From the IMG/VR virus record IMGVR_UViG_3300009104_001476: a stretch of DNA of 64,000 bases, one strand, 5' to 3'. The notes beneath the pieces are model-generated. The model saw only the letters and a list, made by a program, of their open reading frames with translations, made no database searches and was not told the DNA's origin. How positions within the stretch are numbered: the stretch's first letter is position 1; every line of letters starts with the position of its first letter. The DNA is from a virus. Positions 1 to 8,067 of the stretch are shown here, one piece after another. The position numbers and the translations under genes are program-made.

Positions 1-5
1 TGAAT

Positions 6-185
6 ATGGGTTCTGAAGCGGCTAGGGAAATTTTAGCTATTGATTTGGCTAGATTTTTTAAGCATGAGGTTGCAGAGCTTAAATCCGAAGTGGAATTAAA
101 TAAGAGAATAATGAATAATTTCCACATGGTCGCAAATAAATACCCAGAAATAAAACAAATAATTAGTGGCGAGCTAGTTAAATGA
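6..185 (+). CDS. small hypothetical protein, possibly 5'-truncated
   Basis: Open frame MGSEAAREIL...GELVK; its TGA overlaps the next ATG (ATGA). Confidence 0.5.
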   Translation: MGSEAAREILAIDLARFFKHEVAELKSEVELNKRIMNNFHMVANKYPEIKQIISGELVK

Positions 186-1048
186 AAGTGACAATCTTCA
201 GTCTTTGGAGGGACTCTCAACCCTATATTGATAGAGCTTTATCACAGCTTGAAGCTCTTGAAATAAATAATAAAGACGTTAAGTTCGAGTATTATTTTTA
301 TGAAAATGACTCACAAGATGATACCAAATGTATTTTAGAAAACTTTCTTGAGAATAGAGAGGGCAAGCTCGTCTCTGAAAATTTAAACGCCACCAAATTC
401 GGCTCTACAATCGAAGGAGAAAGAATGAGAGCTATGGCGAAATATAGAAATAACATTCTTTATGCTGCGAAGCCTATGGATTCTGATTATTGTCTACTCT
501 GGGACAGTGATGTAGAATTTGAGTCAGATATTTTAAATAAATTTTTAAAATATAAAGATGAAGGGGGGATGTTGTGTCCCAACATAAGACAAAACGTGCC
601 TTGCGTTATGGGTAGTGGCGACGATACTACTTATTATGATAGTTTGTCTTTGATTGACAAGTGGGGCGTTGGTTGTATGACTTGGGCAAGTAACCCCTTC
701 TATGATGAGGAAGATAGAGCCAAATATGAACAGGGATTACCTATCGAGGTAACGGCGGCTTTTGGGGGTTGCGTTCTTATTAAGACTGATTTATTAAATA
801 ATAAAAAAGTTGAATGGCATTCCGATGGAAAGTTAGAGCATTGGGGTTTATGTGCTAGAATTTTAAAATACACTAAAGAAAAAATTATTTTTTTACCTAA
901 TGTTGAAGTAAGGGTTCAAATATCCGAAAAAACTATAAATGAAATAAAGCATCATCGCCCTCTATACGCAGCGCATCAACAAGAAAGTATGGAAATGACC
1001 TCTTGGGAAAGACAATTAAAACAAAACGTGCCTAGAGAAGATGTGTAA
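182..1048 (+). CDS. GT-A fold glycosyltransferase-like protein
   Basis: N-terminal strand followed by YENDSQDDT, DxD motif (WDSDVE), AAFGGCVL and EHWGLC motifs typical of GT2/Anp1-like enzymes. Confidence 0.65.
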   Translation: MKVTIFSLWRDSQPYIDRALSQLEALEINNKDVKFEYYFYENDSQDDTKCILENFLENREGKLVSENLNATKFGSTIEGERMRAMAKYRNNILYAAKPMDSDYCLLWDSDVEFESDILNKFLKYKDEGGMLCPNIRQNVPCVMGSGDDTTYYDSLSLIDKWGVGCMTWASNPFYDEEDRAKYEQGLPIEVTAAFGGCVLIKTDLLNNKKVEWHSDGKLEHWGLCARILKYTKEKIIFLPNVEVRVQISEKTINEIKHHRPLYAAHQQESMEMTSWERQLKQNVPREDV

Positions 1049-1056
1049 ATAAATGT

Positions 1057-1416
1057 GTGTTTGTAGTAGAAGTCATCATGCCCCAAAGCCTTTCTTCTTG
1101 GCAAGAAAGAGGCTATATTGCTTCAGCAGATGAGATAGCTTGTGATAAGTGCAAATTAGGATACTCTAAAGACCACTATCAAATTCTTTTTAAAAGTAAG
1201 AAACTTGGATACTTCCTTTACCCTCACCCAGAAGATGCCCCCGCGATAGATTTACTTTGTCACGATTGTCTTTTTAAAAATTTAAAAAAATATGCAGCGG
1301 GAGAAGTCGTAGACTTACTCATACTAGACGAAGAAAGAGAGTATAATTGTAAGTTTTATCCAGAAGATGTAGACCCCGAATGGGATGACGATAGTGACGA
1401 TTTTCCATTTAAGTAA
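1057..1416 (+). CDS. hypothetical protein (CxxC pairs, acidic tail)
   Basis: ORF with CDKC and CHDC motifs. Confidence 0.6.
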   Translation: MFVVEVIMPQSLSSWQERGYIASADEIACDKCKLGYSKDHYQILFKSKKLGYFLYPHPEDAPAIDLLCHDCLFKNLKKYAAGEVVDLLILDEEREYNCKFYPEDVDPEWDDDSDDFPFK

Positions 1417-1425
1417 AAAAAAGTC

Positions 1426-1453
1426 TTGACTGCATCCTAACCGTCTCTATAAT
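1426..1453 (+). promoter_or_regulatory. class B promoter (TTGnnn-16 nt spacer with AAC-TATAAT)
   Basis: TTGACT 1426-1431, TATAAT 1448-1453, ATG at 1462. The same layout recurs at about 14 sites (see findings). Confidence 0.8.
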
Positions 1454-1461
1454 GAGACTCC

Positions 1462-2211
1462 ATGCAGATCAAACAGTTAGATTTCATCGGTTCTCCAAAG
1501 ATTGAAAGACAGGAGGAGCAATTCAACTTATGGGACGAAAAAGGAAAGCCCAACAAAATCCGTAATGACGTTGACTTTGCGAAGATTGACAAATTATTCA
1601 ACTCTTTCGACAGAGAAGAAGTAGAACGGTATAAATCTTACTGGGAAAGTATCAAGCCCCAAAATGATACAGAACTTTTTCAGCGTTGGCTTTTCGCCTT
1701 CATGTCCGTACATACCAGTTGGGAATCTAACGTGCGTGGATATGAAGCGGTGAAAGATTGGATTTCTTGGGTAAATCGTGATGATGAACTTGAACGTAGA
1801 CTTGTCGAAAGCCGAGTCGGTCTGCATAAAAATCGTACAAGATTTATCTCGCAATTTGCCCAAAATTTTTGGAGTGATCCAGAATGGTACAAGCACCAAG
1901 AAGGAAACTGGCAGACGTTTCGTGATAGACTTGTCAAAAAGATTCTTGGATTGGGCATCGCAAAAGTGTCGTTTGCTTTGGAAATGGTTTACCCTAACGA
2001 AGCTGAAGTGACCTGTATGGATACTCACTTATTCCAAGCGTATGGCCTTGACCAAACAAAGGACGCTAGACGATATACCGAAATTGAGAATTATTGGCTA
2101 GATATGTGTCGTATGTGGAATGTACCCTCGACTATCGCAAGAGCAATCTTGTGGGACAGAAAGCAAAACCAAACTGATAGCCGTTACTGGAGTTATGTAT
2201 TGGAGGATTAA
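1462..2211 (+). CDS. HhH DNA glycosylase/AP lyase, 8-oxoguanine glycosylase (OGG2)-like
   Basis: HhH motif ILGLGIAKVSFAL with the conserved Lys, and CMDTH with the catalytic Asp, as in archaeal-type Ogg. Confidence 0.7.
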   Translation: MQIKQLDFIGSPKIERQEEQFNLWDEKGKPNKIRNDVDFAKIDKLFNSFDREEVERYKSYWESIKPQNDTELFQRWLFAFMSVHTSWESNVRGYEAVKDWISWVNRDDELERRLVESRVGLHKNRTRFISQFAQNFWSDPEWYKHQEGNWQTFRDRLVKKILGLGIAKVSFALEMVYPNEAEVTCMDTHLFQAYGLDQTKDARRYTEIENYWLDMCRMWNVPSTIARAILWDRKQNQTDSRYWSYVLED

Positions 2212-2212
2212 A

Positions 2213-2395
2213 ATGAGAAACTACGAACTAATTAAAGCAATCTACGATAGATGTCCCGATGCAACCGACCATCCTTATACCATAGACCAATACTTTGACC
2301 GTTGCCAAGACATTATAGACATGATTGAGAGAGAAAGACCAGAGCTTAAAAGTAAGAATCATTACCCACAACAAGAAGCAGGAATTGATTATTAA
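2213..2395 (+). CDS. hypothetical protein
   Basis: ATG after GGAGG; tightly packed in the operon. Confidence 0.6.
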   Translation: MRNYELIKAIYDRCPDATDHPYTIDQYFDRCQDIIDMIERERPELKSKNHYPQQEAGIDY

Positions 2396-2396
2396 A

Positions 2397-2705
2397 ATGA
2401 GATTAACAGAGAAAAATCAAAGAGTATTTTATTGGACAGTCATAGGTATTGTGCTTGCAATGTTTGGAATGTTATACACCCAATATGTAGATTTAGAGGA
2501 GACGCTTCATCGAACGCATAGGGTTAGCAGTAGACAGGCTCAATTAACCACAAAAAGTTGGTACGATAAAGTATTGATTAAAGACAGAAAAATTGAACTG
2601 CTTGAACAGCATATTCTTTTTGCAGAGGAACATCACATAAAAGAAATTGGCGCGTGTGTAGCGTATTACACCAGCGTATTAGAAGAAGTAAAAAACAAGA
2701 GATAA
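2397..2705 (+). CDS. hypothetical single-pass membrane protein
   Basis: Hydrophobic stretch VFYWTVIGIVLAMFGMLY. Confidence 0.6.
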   Translation: MRLTEKNQRVFYWTVIGIVLAMFGMLYTQYVDLEETLHRTHRVSSRQAQLTTKSWYDKVLIKDRKIELLEQHILFAEEHHIKEIGACVAYYTSVLEEVKNKR

Positions 2706-2709
2706 AAAA

Positions 2710-3954
2710 ATGAAATTTAAGACTTTATACAAACGAACTACCGTTGGGAAAATCCAAGAGTGGACTATTGAAGTGGTCGGTGATAAGTACCGTACCATTT
2801 CGGGACAGCAAGACGGTAAGAAGATTACAAACAACTGGACTACTTGTTACCCAAAGAACGTAGGTAAGGCTAACGCTACTACTGGTGAATTACAGGCACA
2901 AAATGAAGCCTCTGCGAAGCACCAGAAAAAGGTTGAGTCAGGTTATCGCCACTCCATAAGCAACATCGACAAGAAGAAATTTTATGTGCCTATGTTGGCG
3001 AAAGATTTTAAAGACAAGAACCGACAGAAAGAAGTGATGGGTGAGATTGATGAATCGGGAGTGGGTGCGCCCGTATTCTCCCAACCCAAGCTGGATGGCA
3101 TACGTTGTATTGCTATGCGTGAGGGATTGTTCACTAGGAGTGGCAAGAAGATTACTGCTTGTCCTCACATTAGCGTTGCACTGGAAGATTTCTTTGAGAA
3201 GTATCCTAATGCTGTTCTTGATGGCGAGTTGTATAATCATAAGTATAAAGATGATTTCAACAAAATCATTCATCTTGTGCGTAAGCAGAATCTTACTGAA
3301 GAACATTTGGCAGAGAGCAAGAGGATGATTCAATATCATATTTATGATGCTCCAGTAATAGGTAAGGACAACCCATTCCGTAAAGGTGGAGCCTACACAG
3401 AGAAGGATTCGTTTTCGGACAGAACTTCCGTACTAGACGCACAGTTCGCTAATCTAGGACTTGATAAGTCTTGTCGTATTTTTCGTAGGAAGTTCAAAAA
3501 TGGAAGGAGTCATCAAGGTTTGACGCTTGAAGATAACCCTCTTGTTATAGTAGAGACTACCGAAATCCACGGCAGAGAGCAACTAGACCGTTGCTATGAA
3601 GATTATGTAGAAGCGGGGTACGAAGGACAGATGATTAGGCTTGACGGGCCTTACGAAAACAAGCGTTCATCAAAACTGCTGAAACGTAAAGAGTTTATTG
3701 ATGAAGAATATACTATTCTTGGGTACGAAGAAGGCGAGGGTAATCGTGAGGGAACGATTAAGCATTTTAAATTTAAGAATAAGGACGGTAGAGATTTTAA
3801 CTCAAACGTCAAAGGTACATTTGAATACCTAACAGGGCTGCTAGAAAAAGCAGACAGTTTAATAGGTAAAGAAGCAACAATCAAATACTTCAACCTTACT
3901 CCCGATGGAGTGCCAAGGTTTCCGTATGTGATTGCAATTAGAGACTACGAATAA
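2710..3954 (+). CDS. lig: ATP-dependent DNA ligase
   Basis: Motif I QPKLDGIRC, motif III DGELY, motif IV EGQMIR, motif V LLKRK, motif VI PRFP. Confidence 0.93.
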   Translation: MKFKTLYKRTTVGKIQEWTIEVVGDKYRTISGQQDGKKITNNWTTCYPKNVGKANATTGELQAQNEASAKHQKKVESGYRHSISNIDKKKFYVPMLAKDFKDKNRQKEVMGEIDESGVGAPVFSQPKLDGIRCIAMREGLFTRSGKKITACPHISVALEDFFEKYPNAVLDGELYNHKYKDDFNKIIHLVRKQNLTEEHLAESKRMIQYHIYDAPVIGKDNPFRKGGAYTEKDSFSDRTSVLDAQFANLGLDKSCRIFRRKFKNGRSHQGLTLEDNPLVIVETTEIHGREQLDRCYEDYVEAGYEGQMIRLDGPYENKRSSKLLKRKEFIDEEYTILGYEEGEGNREGTIKHFKFKNKDGRDFNSNVKGTFEYLTGLLEKADSLIGKEATIKYFNLTPDGVPRFPYVIAIRDYE

Positions 3955-3958
3955 AATT

Positions 3959-4120
3959 ATGGGATACAAAATACTAGACGTTAAAGCAGACATCCACGAA
4001 GATATTGAAAAATACTTTGAGGAAAAATGGCCCCAACTGCGAGAGTTCGGTTGGAAGAATCAACTAGAAGGAGATGTTCTTGACATTGTAGACGAACATT
4101 TTAAAAAGATAGAAAGATAA
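3959..4120 (+). CDS. hypothetical protein
   Basis: Packed ORF with ATTATG start context. Confidence 0.55.
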   Translation: MGYKILDVKADIHEDIEKYFEEKWPQLREFGWKNQLEGDVLDIVDEHFKKIER

Positions 4121-4123
4121 ATT

Positions 4124-4309
4124 ATGCCAATATCAAAACATAGAAAAAAAGGACTAACGCCTCGACAATGGAGAAAGAGGCGTAACAAGAGGAAGTCTCA
4201 AGAAATGTTGGACAGGAAATCTGAAATGCGTCGAGCCATGATGAAGATGATGCAACAGCAAATGCTTGACGAGGCAGAAAAGGAGGGGGAAAAAGAAAAT
4301 GAGAATTAA
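4124..4309 (+). CDS. basic hypothetical protein
   Basis: Packed ORF. Confidence 0.55.
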   Translation: MPISKHRKKGLTPRQWRKRRNKRKSQEMLDRKSEMRRAMMKMMQQQMLDEAEKEGEKENEN

Positions 4310-4490
4310 ACCAGTAGAAGAATGTCATAATATCATTAAATATGAACAGGAACGTAGGCAAATTGGAGAACAGTCTATTGAAGCGATTAAGGATAGTATG
4401 CCTTCAGAGATTCAGACTAAATACAATCAACGAGACATAGAGAAACGTAGGTTAAACACTCAATGGGATAGAGGAGGAATAAACGAATGA
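4299..4490 (+). CDS. hypothetical protein
   Basis: Packed ORF overlapping both neighbours. Confidence 0.55.
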   Translation: MRIKPVEECHNIIKYEQERRQIGEQSIEAIKDSMPSEIQTKYNQRDIEKRRLNTQWDRGGINE

Positions 4491-4819
4491 AGGTAACAAT
4501 TAAAGAAGGAATACAAAATTACCTAGAGGATAATTATCCAGATTTCGTTGATGATATTCTTTTAGCTGATGGTTTTGAAAAAGCGTTTATGGGAGTATCT
4601 GAAGTCTATGGGCAAAAACCAGTAGCTTGTTACGATAGTTCAAAATGTATTGACATACTAATGGAAAGAGACGAAATGGATTGTGACGAGGCCATTGAGT
4701 ATTTTCATTTCAATGTGACGGGAGCATACGCTGGAGAATTTACTCCCGCTTTTATATTTCCATTTGACGAGAAGTACGATTGTATAAGCATACTAGAACA
4801 CGAATTAGAAAATGAATAA
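4487..4819 (+). CDS. phage hypothetical protein
   Basis: ADGFEKAFMG...YDSSKCIDIL...EAIEYFHFNVTGAY pattern, recalled as a common phage unknown. Confidence 0.65.
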   Translation: MKVTIKEGIQNYLEDNYPDFVDDILLADGFEKAFMGVSEVYGQKPVACYDSSKCIDILMERDEMDCDEAIEYFHFNVTGAYAGEFTPAFIFPFDEKYDCISILEHELENE

Positions 4820-4946
4820 ATTAGCATATTATAGAGAAGCCATAGACTGTCCCGAATGTGGACTACCTACGAATTACCTACAAGAAGTAGAAGAAGATGA
4901 GCAAAGAGTATTAAAGTGTGAGGACTGCTTCAAAGAAGAAGAATAA
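4812..4946 (+). CDS. small zinc-ribbon protein
   Basis: Translated by hand: CPEC...CEDC, 44 aa; not in the ORF track. Confidence 0.6.
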   Translation: MNKLAYYREAIDCPECGLPTNYLQEVEEDEQRVLKCEDCFKEEE

Positions 4947-4969
4947 ATTATTTAAAATTTTAAATTATT

Positions 4970-5167
4970 ATGAAGTTTGAAGTAAACAGAAATAGCGCAA
5001 GGCCATCAGATATTCAACTTATCGCCCAAGCACTTGAGAAGGCGAAGCCTTGGGGGTTAGAAGCGGAGTTTATGTGGAGTTTGGCGACCCATTTTAAAAC
5101 TTACCCTTCAGACCCTATGGATATGGCAGTTCAAGTTGCACTGGACGATTGGGATTTAGATGATTGA
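4970..5167 (+). CDS. hypothetical protein
   Basis: ORF with ATTATG start. Confidence 0.6.
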   Translation: MKFEVNRNSARPSDIQLIAQALEKAKPWGLEAEFMWSLATHFKTYPSDPMDMAVQVALDDWDLDD

Positions 5168-5203
5168 CCTTAACCTAACTATTTGTATAATATAGAGACG
5201 GAC

Positions 5204-5398
5204 ATGAAAACAATTAAAAAAGGAAAGATCATTAAACGTGCGTCAGACGAGGACGCAGAACAACAGGTGAAATCGGGCTGGAAATACTGTCCCAAGTCTG
5301 AATGGCGTGAGAAAGTTCGTGACGCTAAACCAGTAGAGGAGAAGAAAGTAGAGGAGAAGAAGAAAGTAACAAAGAAGAAAGCTGTGAAAAAGAAATGA
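5204..5398 (+). CDS. Lys/Glu-rich small protein
   Basis: Follows class B promoter 5164-5191; histone-like KKK tail. Confidence 0.6.
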   Translation: MKTIKKGKIIKRASDEDAEQQVKSGWKYCPKSEWREKVRDAKPVEEKKVEEKKKVTKKKAVKKK

Positions 5399-5571
5399 GC
5401 GGAAAAGAAAAGCAAGAGCAAAAGCAACGCCTAGATAGGATGTTGAGTAACAGTCTCCAAGAGACTCTTGAGCGTAAAGCCCAATACTATAAGAAGTATG
5501 GGATGGAGGTTCAAGCCAAGAAGGTTCGTGCCTTCAAAAAACAAGTACGAGAAATGGTAGGAAGTCTTTAA
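5395..5571 (+). CDS. hypothetical protein
   Basis: ATGA overlap; MSGKEKQEQK...VGSL translated by hand. Confidence 0.55.
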   Translation: MSGKEKQEQKQRLDRMLSNSLQETLERKAQYYKKYGMEVQAKKVRAFKKQVREMVGSL

Positions 5572-5573
5572 AT

Positions 5574-5837
5574 ATGACTGATAAACAAATACTAGATGAA
5601 GCGTACCGTACCCTTCAAGTAGCAAAAAATTGTGGTGAAGGAAAGATGCAAAACGAATTAGTCACGGAGCTTGTGTCTGTAATCGAACAAGAATGGCAGA
5701 AGCGAGACGAAGAAGAAATGGTTAGCCAATACAATAGAAACAGAAGTCCAAAAGATTGGATCGTTGACGTTCGTGAAATGGAGCGGCATCGTGGATTAGA
5801 AATTGGAGAAGATGGAACAGTTACAGATTTAAAATAA
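5574..5837 (+). CDS. hypothetical protein
   Basis: Packed ORF. Confidence 0.6.
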   Translation: MTDKQILDEAYRTLQVAKNCGEGKMQNELVTELVSVIEQEWQKRDEEEMVSQYNRNRSPKDWIVDVREMERHRGLEIGEDGTVTDLK

Positions 5838-5838
5838 C

Positions 5839-6192
5839 ATGAAAATAAAATGGGAAAAAAATAGCAGGGTGCTGGGTTTAGCATCTCAAGGCAAGATTAA
5901 CCAAGAAGATATTGTACCTCGTTCAAGGACGGATGAATTTCTTGATGAAGTTGCTACCGTGAGGATGAGCAGCGTAAGAGAGAAAGACCCTTTCTTGACA
6001 ATCCATATTAGAGGCCCGTTAAGGCATCAGAAAAAACCTTGGGGTACATATAAATATGCGAGCGTGTGTCGTATTAACCTTGGAGGCCCGTACACAAAGA
6101 GTATGTGTTCAAACGGCGACCTTTCAGAAGCATATAGCTGGCAAGACGTTCACAACGTAGTAGAAGAAGTGAAGGAGGTGATGAGTCTATGA
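5839..6192 (+). CDS. hypothetical protein
   Basis: Packed ORF. Confidence 0.6.
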   Translation: MKIKWEKNSRVLGLASQGKINQEDIVPRSRTDEFLDEVATVRMSSVREKDPFLTIHIRGPLRHQKKPWGTYKYASVCRINLGGPYTKSMCSNGDLSEAYSWQDVHNVVEEVKEVMSL

Positions 6193-6362
6193 AGAACTTA
6201 ATCCTTATTCTAGTGCTTCCACTTATCGGGTGTAGCTCGACGAGACAGGAGCCAAATATAGAGTTGCCAGAAGGTATCCATGACCTTCTTCATATAGGGG
6301 ATACTTACGCCTATAAGAGCATTACAATCAAAGATTATTTCCCGCCAGCAGAAGTAAATTAA
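6189..6362 (+). CDS. small lipoprotein
   Basis: MKNLILILVLPLIG-C lipobox; translated by hand. Confidence 0.55.
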   Translation: MKNLILILVLPLIGCSSTRQEPNIELPEGIHDLLHIGDTYAYKSITIKDYFPPAEVN

Positions 6363-6393
6363 ATAACCTCAATCAAGAAAGGGTCAGAGTCTA

Positions 6394-7236
6394 ATGGTTA
6401 TGTCAAAGAATCACCAAGCGTTAAACCCCCACTATGCAAGTTACAATTTTCTTCCTGTTATGAGTCGAGAGGAGGAGCTTGAGGTGGGTGCAAAACTATC
6501 TAGTAAAAACGAAAGAGAGAGGAGAAAAGCTCAAGAAGAATTTGTTAACAGAAATTTAAGGCTGGTAATAAAAATTGCTTCTGGATACTCAAGGTGTGGT
6601 CTTGAGTTAGACGACATGGTTTGCGAGGGAAATATGGGATTAATGGAAGCGGCTAAAAGGTATGACCCATTAGTAGGGACGAAGTTCAGCACTTATGCCG
6701 CTTATTGGATTCGTCAAAAAATAACCAGAGCATTATGTAATCATGGACGTTTAATTAGATTGCCTGTCCAGTTGGTTCAGTTACAACTAAAGGTTATCAA
6801 GTATGTAGACTCTTATTCTCAAGAGAACAATAACGAGGCTACCCCCAAACAAATTGCTGAAGCGTTGGAGGAGCCTGTCCATTTAGTTGAGAAAGTATTA
6901 AATTCAAAATACACTTTTACAAGCGTCGATTCTTTAATGTGCGCTGACGATGCTGCCTCAAGTTTTGGTAGCGTATTTGCTGATGAGAAAACTGATTCTC
7001 CATTAGACTCTCTTGTTAAGAATAATGACAAAGAAGTAATAAATAAATTCTTGAATAAACTTAAAGACAGAGAAAAGTATATCATTGAGCATAGGTTCGG
7101 TCTTAATAATAAAGATATAAAAACTTTAGAAAAAATAGGTGAAGAATTTAATGTCACTAGGGAGAGGATCAGACAGGTTGAGTTTGAGGCCATGAAGAAG
7201 TTACGTTTTGCAATACAGAAAGCGTATAAGGACTAA
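6394..7236 (+). CDS. RNA polymerase sigma70-family factor (RpoD/RpoS-like)
   Basis: Region 2 NLRLVIKIA, GNMGLMEAAKRYDP and KFSTYAAYWIRQ; region 4 TLEKIGEEFNVTRERIRQVE. Confidence 0.93.
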   Translation: MVMSKNHQALNPHYASYNFLPVMSREEELEVGAKLSSKNERERRKAQEEFVNRNLRLVIKIASGYSRCGLELDDMVCEGNMGLMEAAKRYDPLVGTKFSTYAAYWIRQKITRALCNHGRLIRLPVQLVQLQLKVIKYVDSYSQENNNEATPKQIAEALEEPVHLVEKVLNSKYTFTSVDSLMCADDAASSFGSVFADEKTDSPLDSLVKNNDKEVINKFLNKLKDREKYIIEHRFGLNNKDIKTLEKIGEEFNVTRERIRQVEFEAMKKLRFAIQKAYKD

Positions 7237-7245
7237 TTCCTTCTT

Positions 7246-7333
7246 GGGGAAGTGGTGGAATTGGCAGACACAACAGACTTAAAATCTGTCGAACATTGAG
7301 TTCGTGCGGGTTCAAGTCCCGCCTTCCCTACCA
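7246..7333 (+). tRNA. trnL: tRNA-Leu (anticodon UAA)
   Basis: Acceptor stem GGGGAAG/CTTCCCT, D-loop GG, anticodon arm ACAGA-CTTAAAA-TCTGT, long variable arm, GGTTCAAGTCC T-arm, encoded CCA. Confidence 0.96.
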
Positions 7334-7352
7334 ATCTTTTTTTAATATAAAA

Positions 7353-7967
7353 ATGTTTGATGAATTTAAAACAATTTTTTCCAAACTCAAAGGTAGAGTT
7401 AATGAAAAGAGAAAGAAACTTGATAAGATTAAATTTAATAAGGTCGGAACTGGTGGAGCTAAAGAATATGGGATAAATGATGAAGAAGTTCAGAACTTAA
7501 AAGAGGTACGAAAGTTAAGACGTAAACCGCGACTGTACGGTAGACGTAAAAATTTCCGTCAGATTGCTGACGAGATGAACAAACAAGGACGTAAGAATCG
7601 TCAGGGTAATCCTTGGACAGAGCAAGCTATTAGAGTTATGTTTATTGATCGAACCGATAGAACTAAAGCTAATAAAAGACGTAAAAATCAGATTAAAAGT
7701 CTTGAAGCGGAGGTGGAATTTGATTTAACCCTTGAATACCTAGCTGAACTTTGGGAACAACAAAAGGGTTTGTGTGCTATCACTGGATTAAAAATGATTA
7801 AACCGGATCAGCCTAGATCACCTTTAAATGGTTCACCAGATAGAGTAGATTCCAGTAAAGGCTACGTTAAAGGTAACGTCCAGTGGTTATGCACGTTTGT
7901 TAATTATGCTAAAAATGATTTCAATAATAGGGAAATTAAGGAGATATTTCAAGCTATTAAGATTTGA
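7353..7967 (+). CDS. HNH-like endonuclease with N-terminal recombinase-type DNA-binding segment
   Basis: C-terminal CAITG...SPDRVDSSKGYVKGNVQWLCTFVNYAK. N-terminal RQIADEMNKQG...GNPW resembles the serine-recombinase accessory domain. Confidence 0.65.
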   Translation: MFDEFKTIFSKLKGRVNEKRKKLDKIKFNKVGTGGAKEYGINDEEVQNLKEVRKLRRKPRLYGRRKNFRQIADEMNKQGRKNRQGNPWTEQAIRVMFIDRTDRTKANKRRKNQIKSLEAEVEFDLTLEYLAELWEQQKGLCAITGLKMIKPDQPRSPLNGSPDRVDSSKGYVKGNVQWLCTFVNYAKNDFNNREIKEIFQAIKI

Positions 7968-8067
7968 ATTATTTTAAAATTTTAAAAAAAGTACCGAAAC
8001 GGTAGCTTGATTTATTTTTTTCAAAAAAGATTTGACTCAACTCTAACCATCGCTATAATTAGCATCA

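Noticed and set aside
5380-5445. Programmed frameshift at the A-rich end of ORF 5204-5398
   Set aside because: The next gene starts normally at the overlapping ATGA (5395), so no shift is needed.
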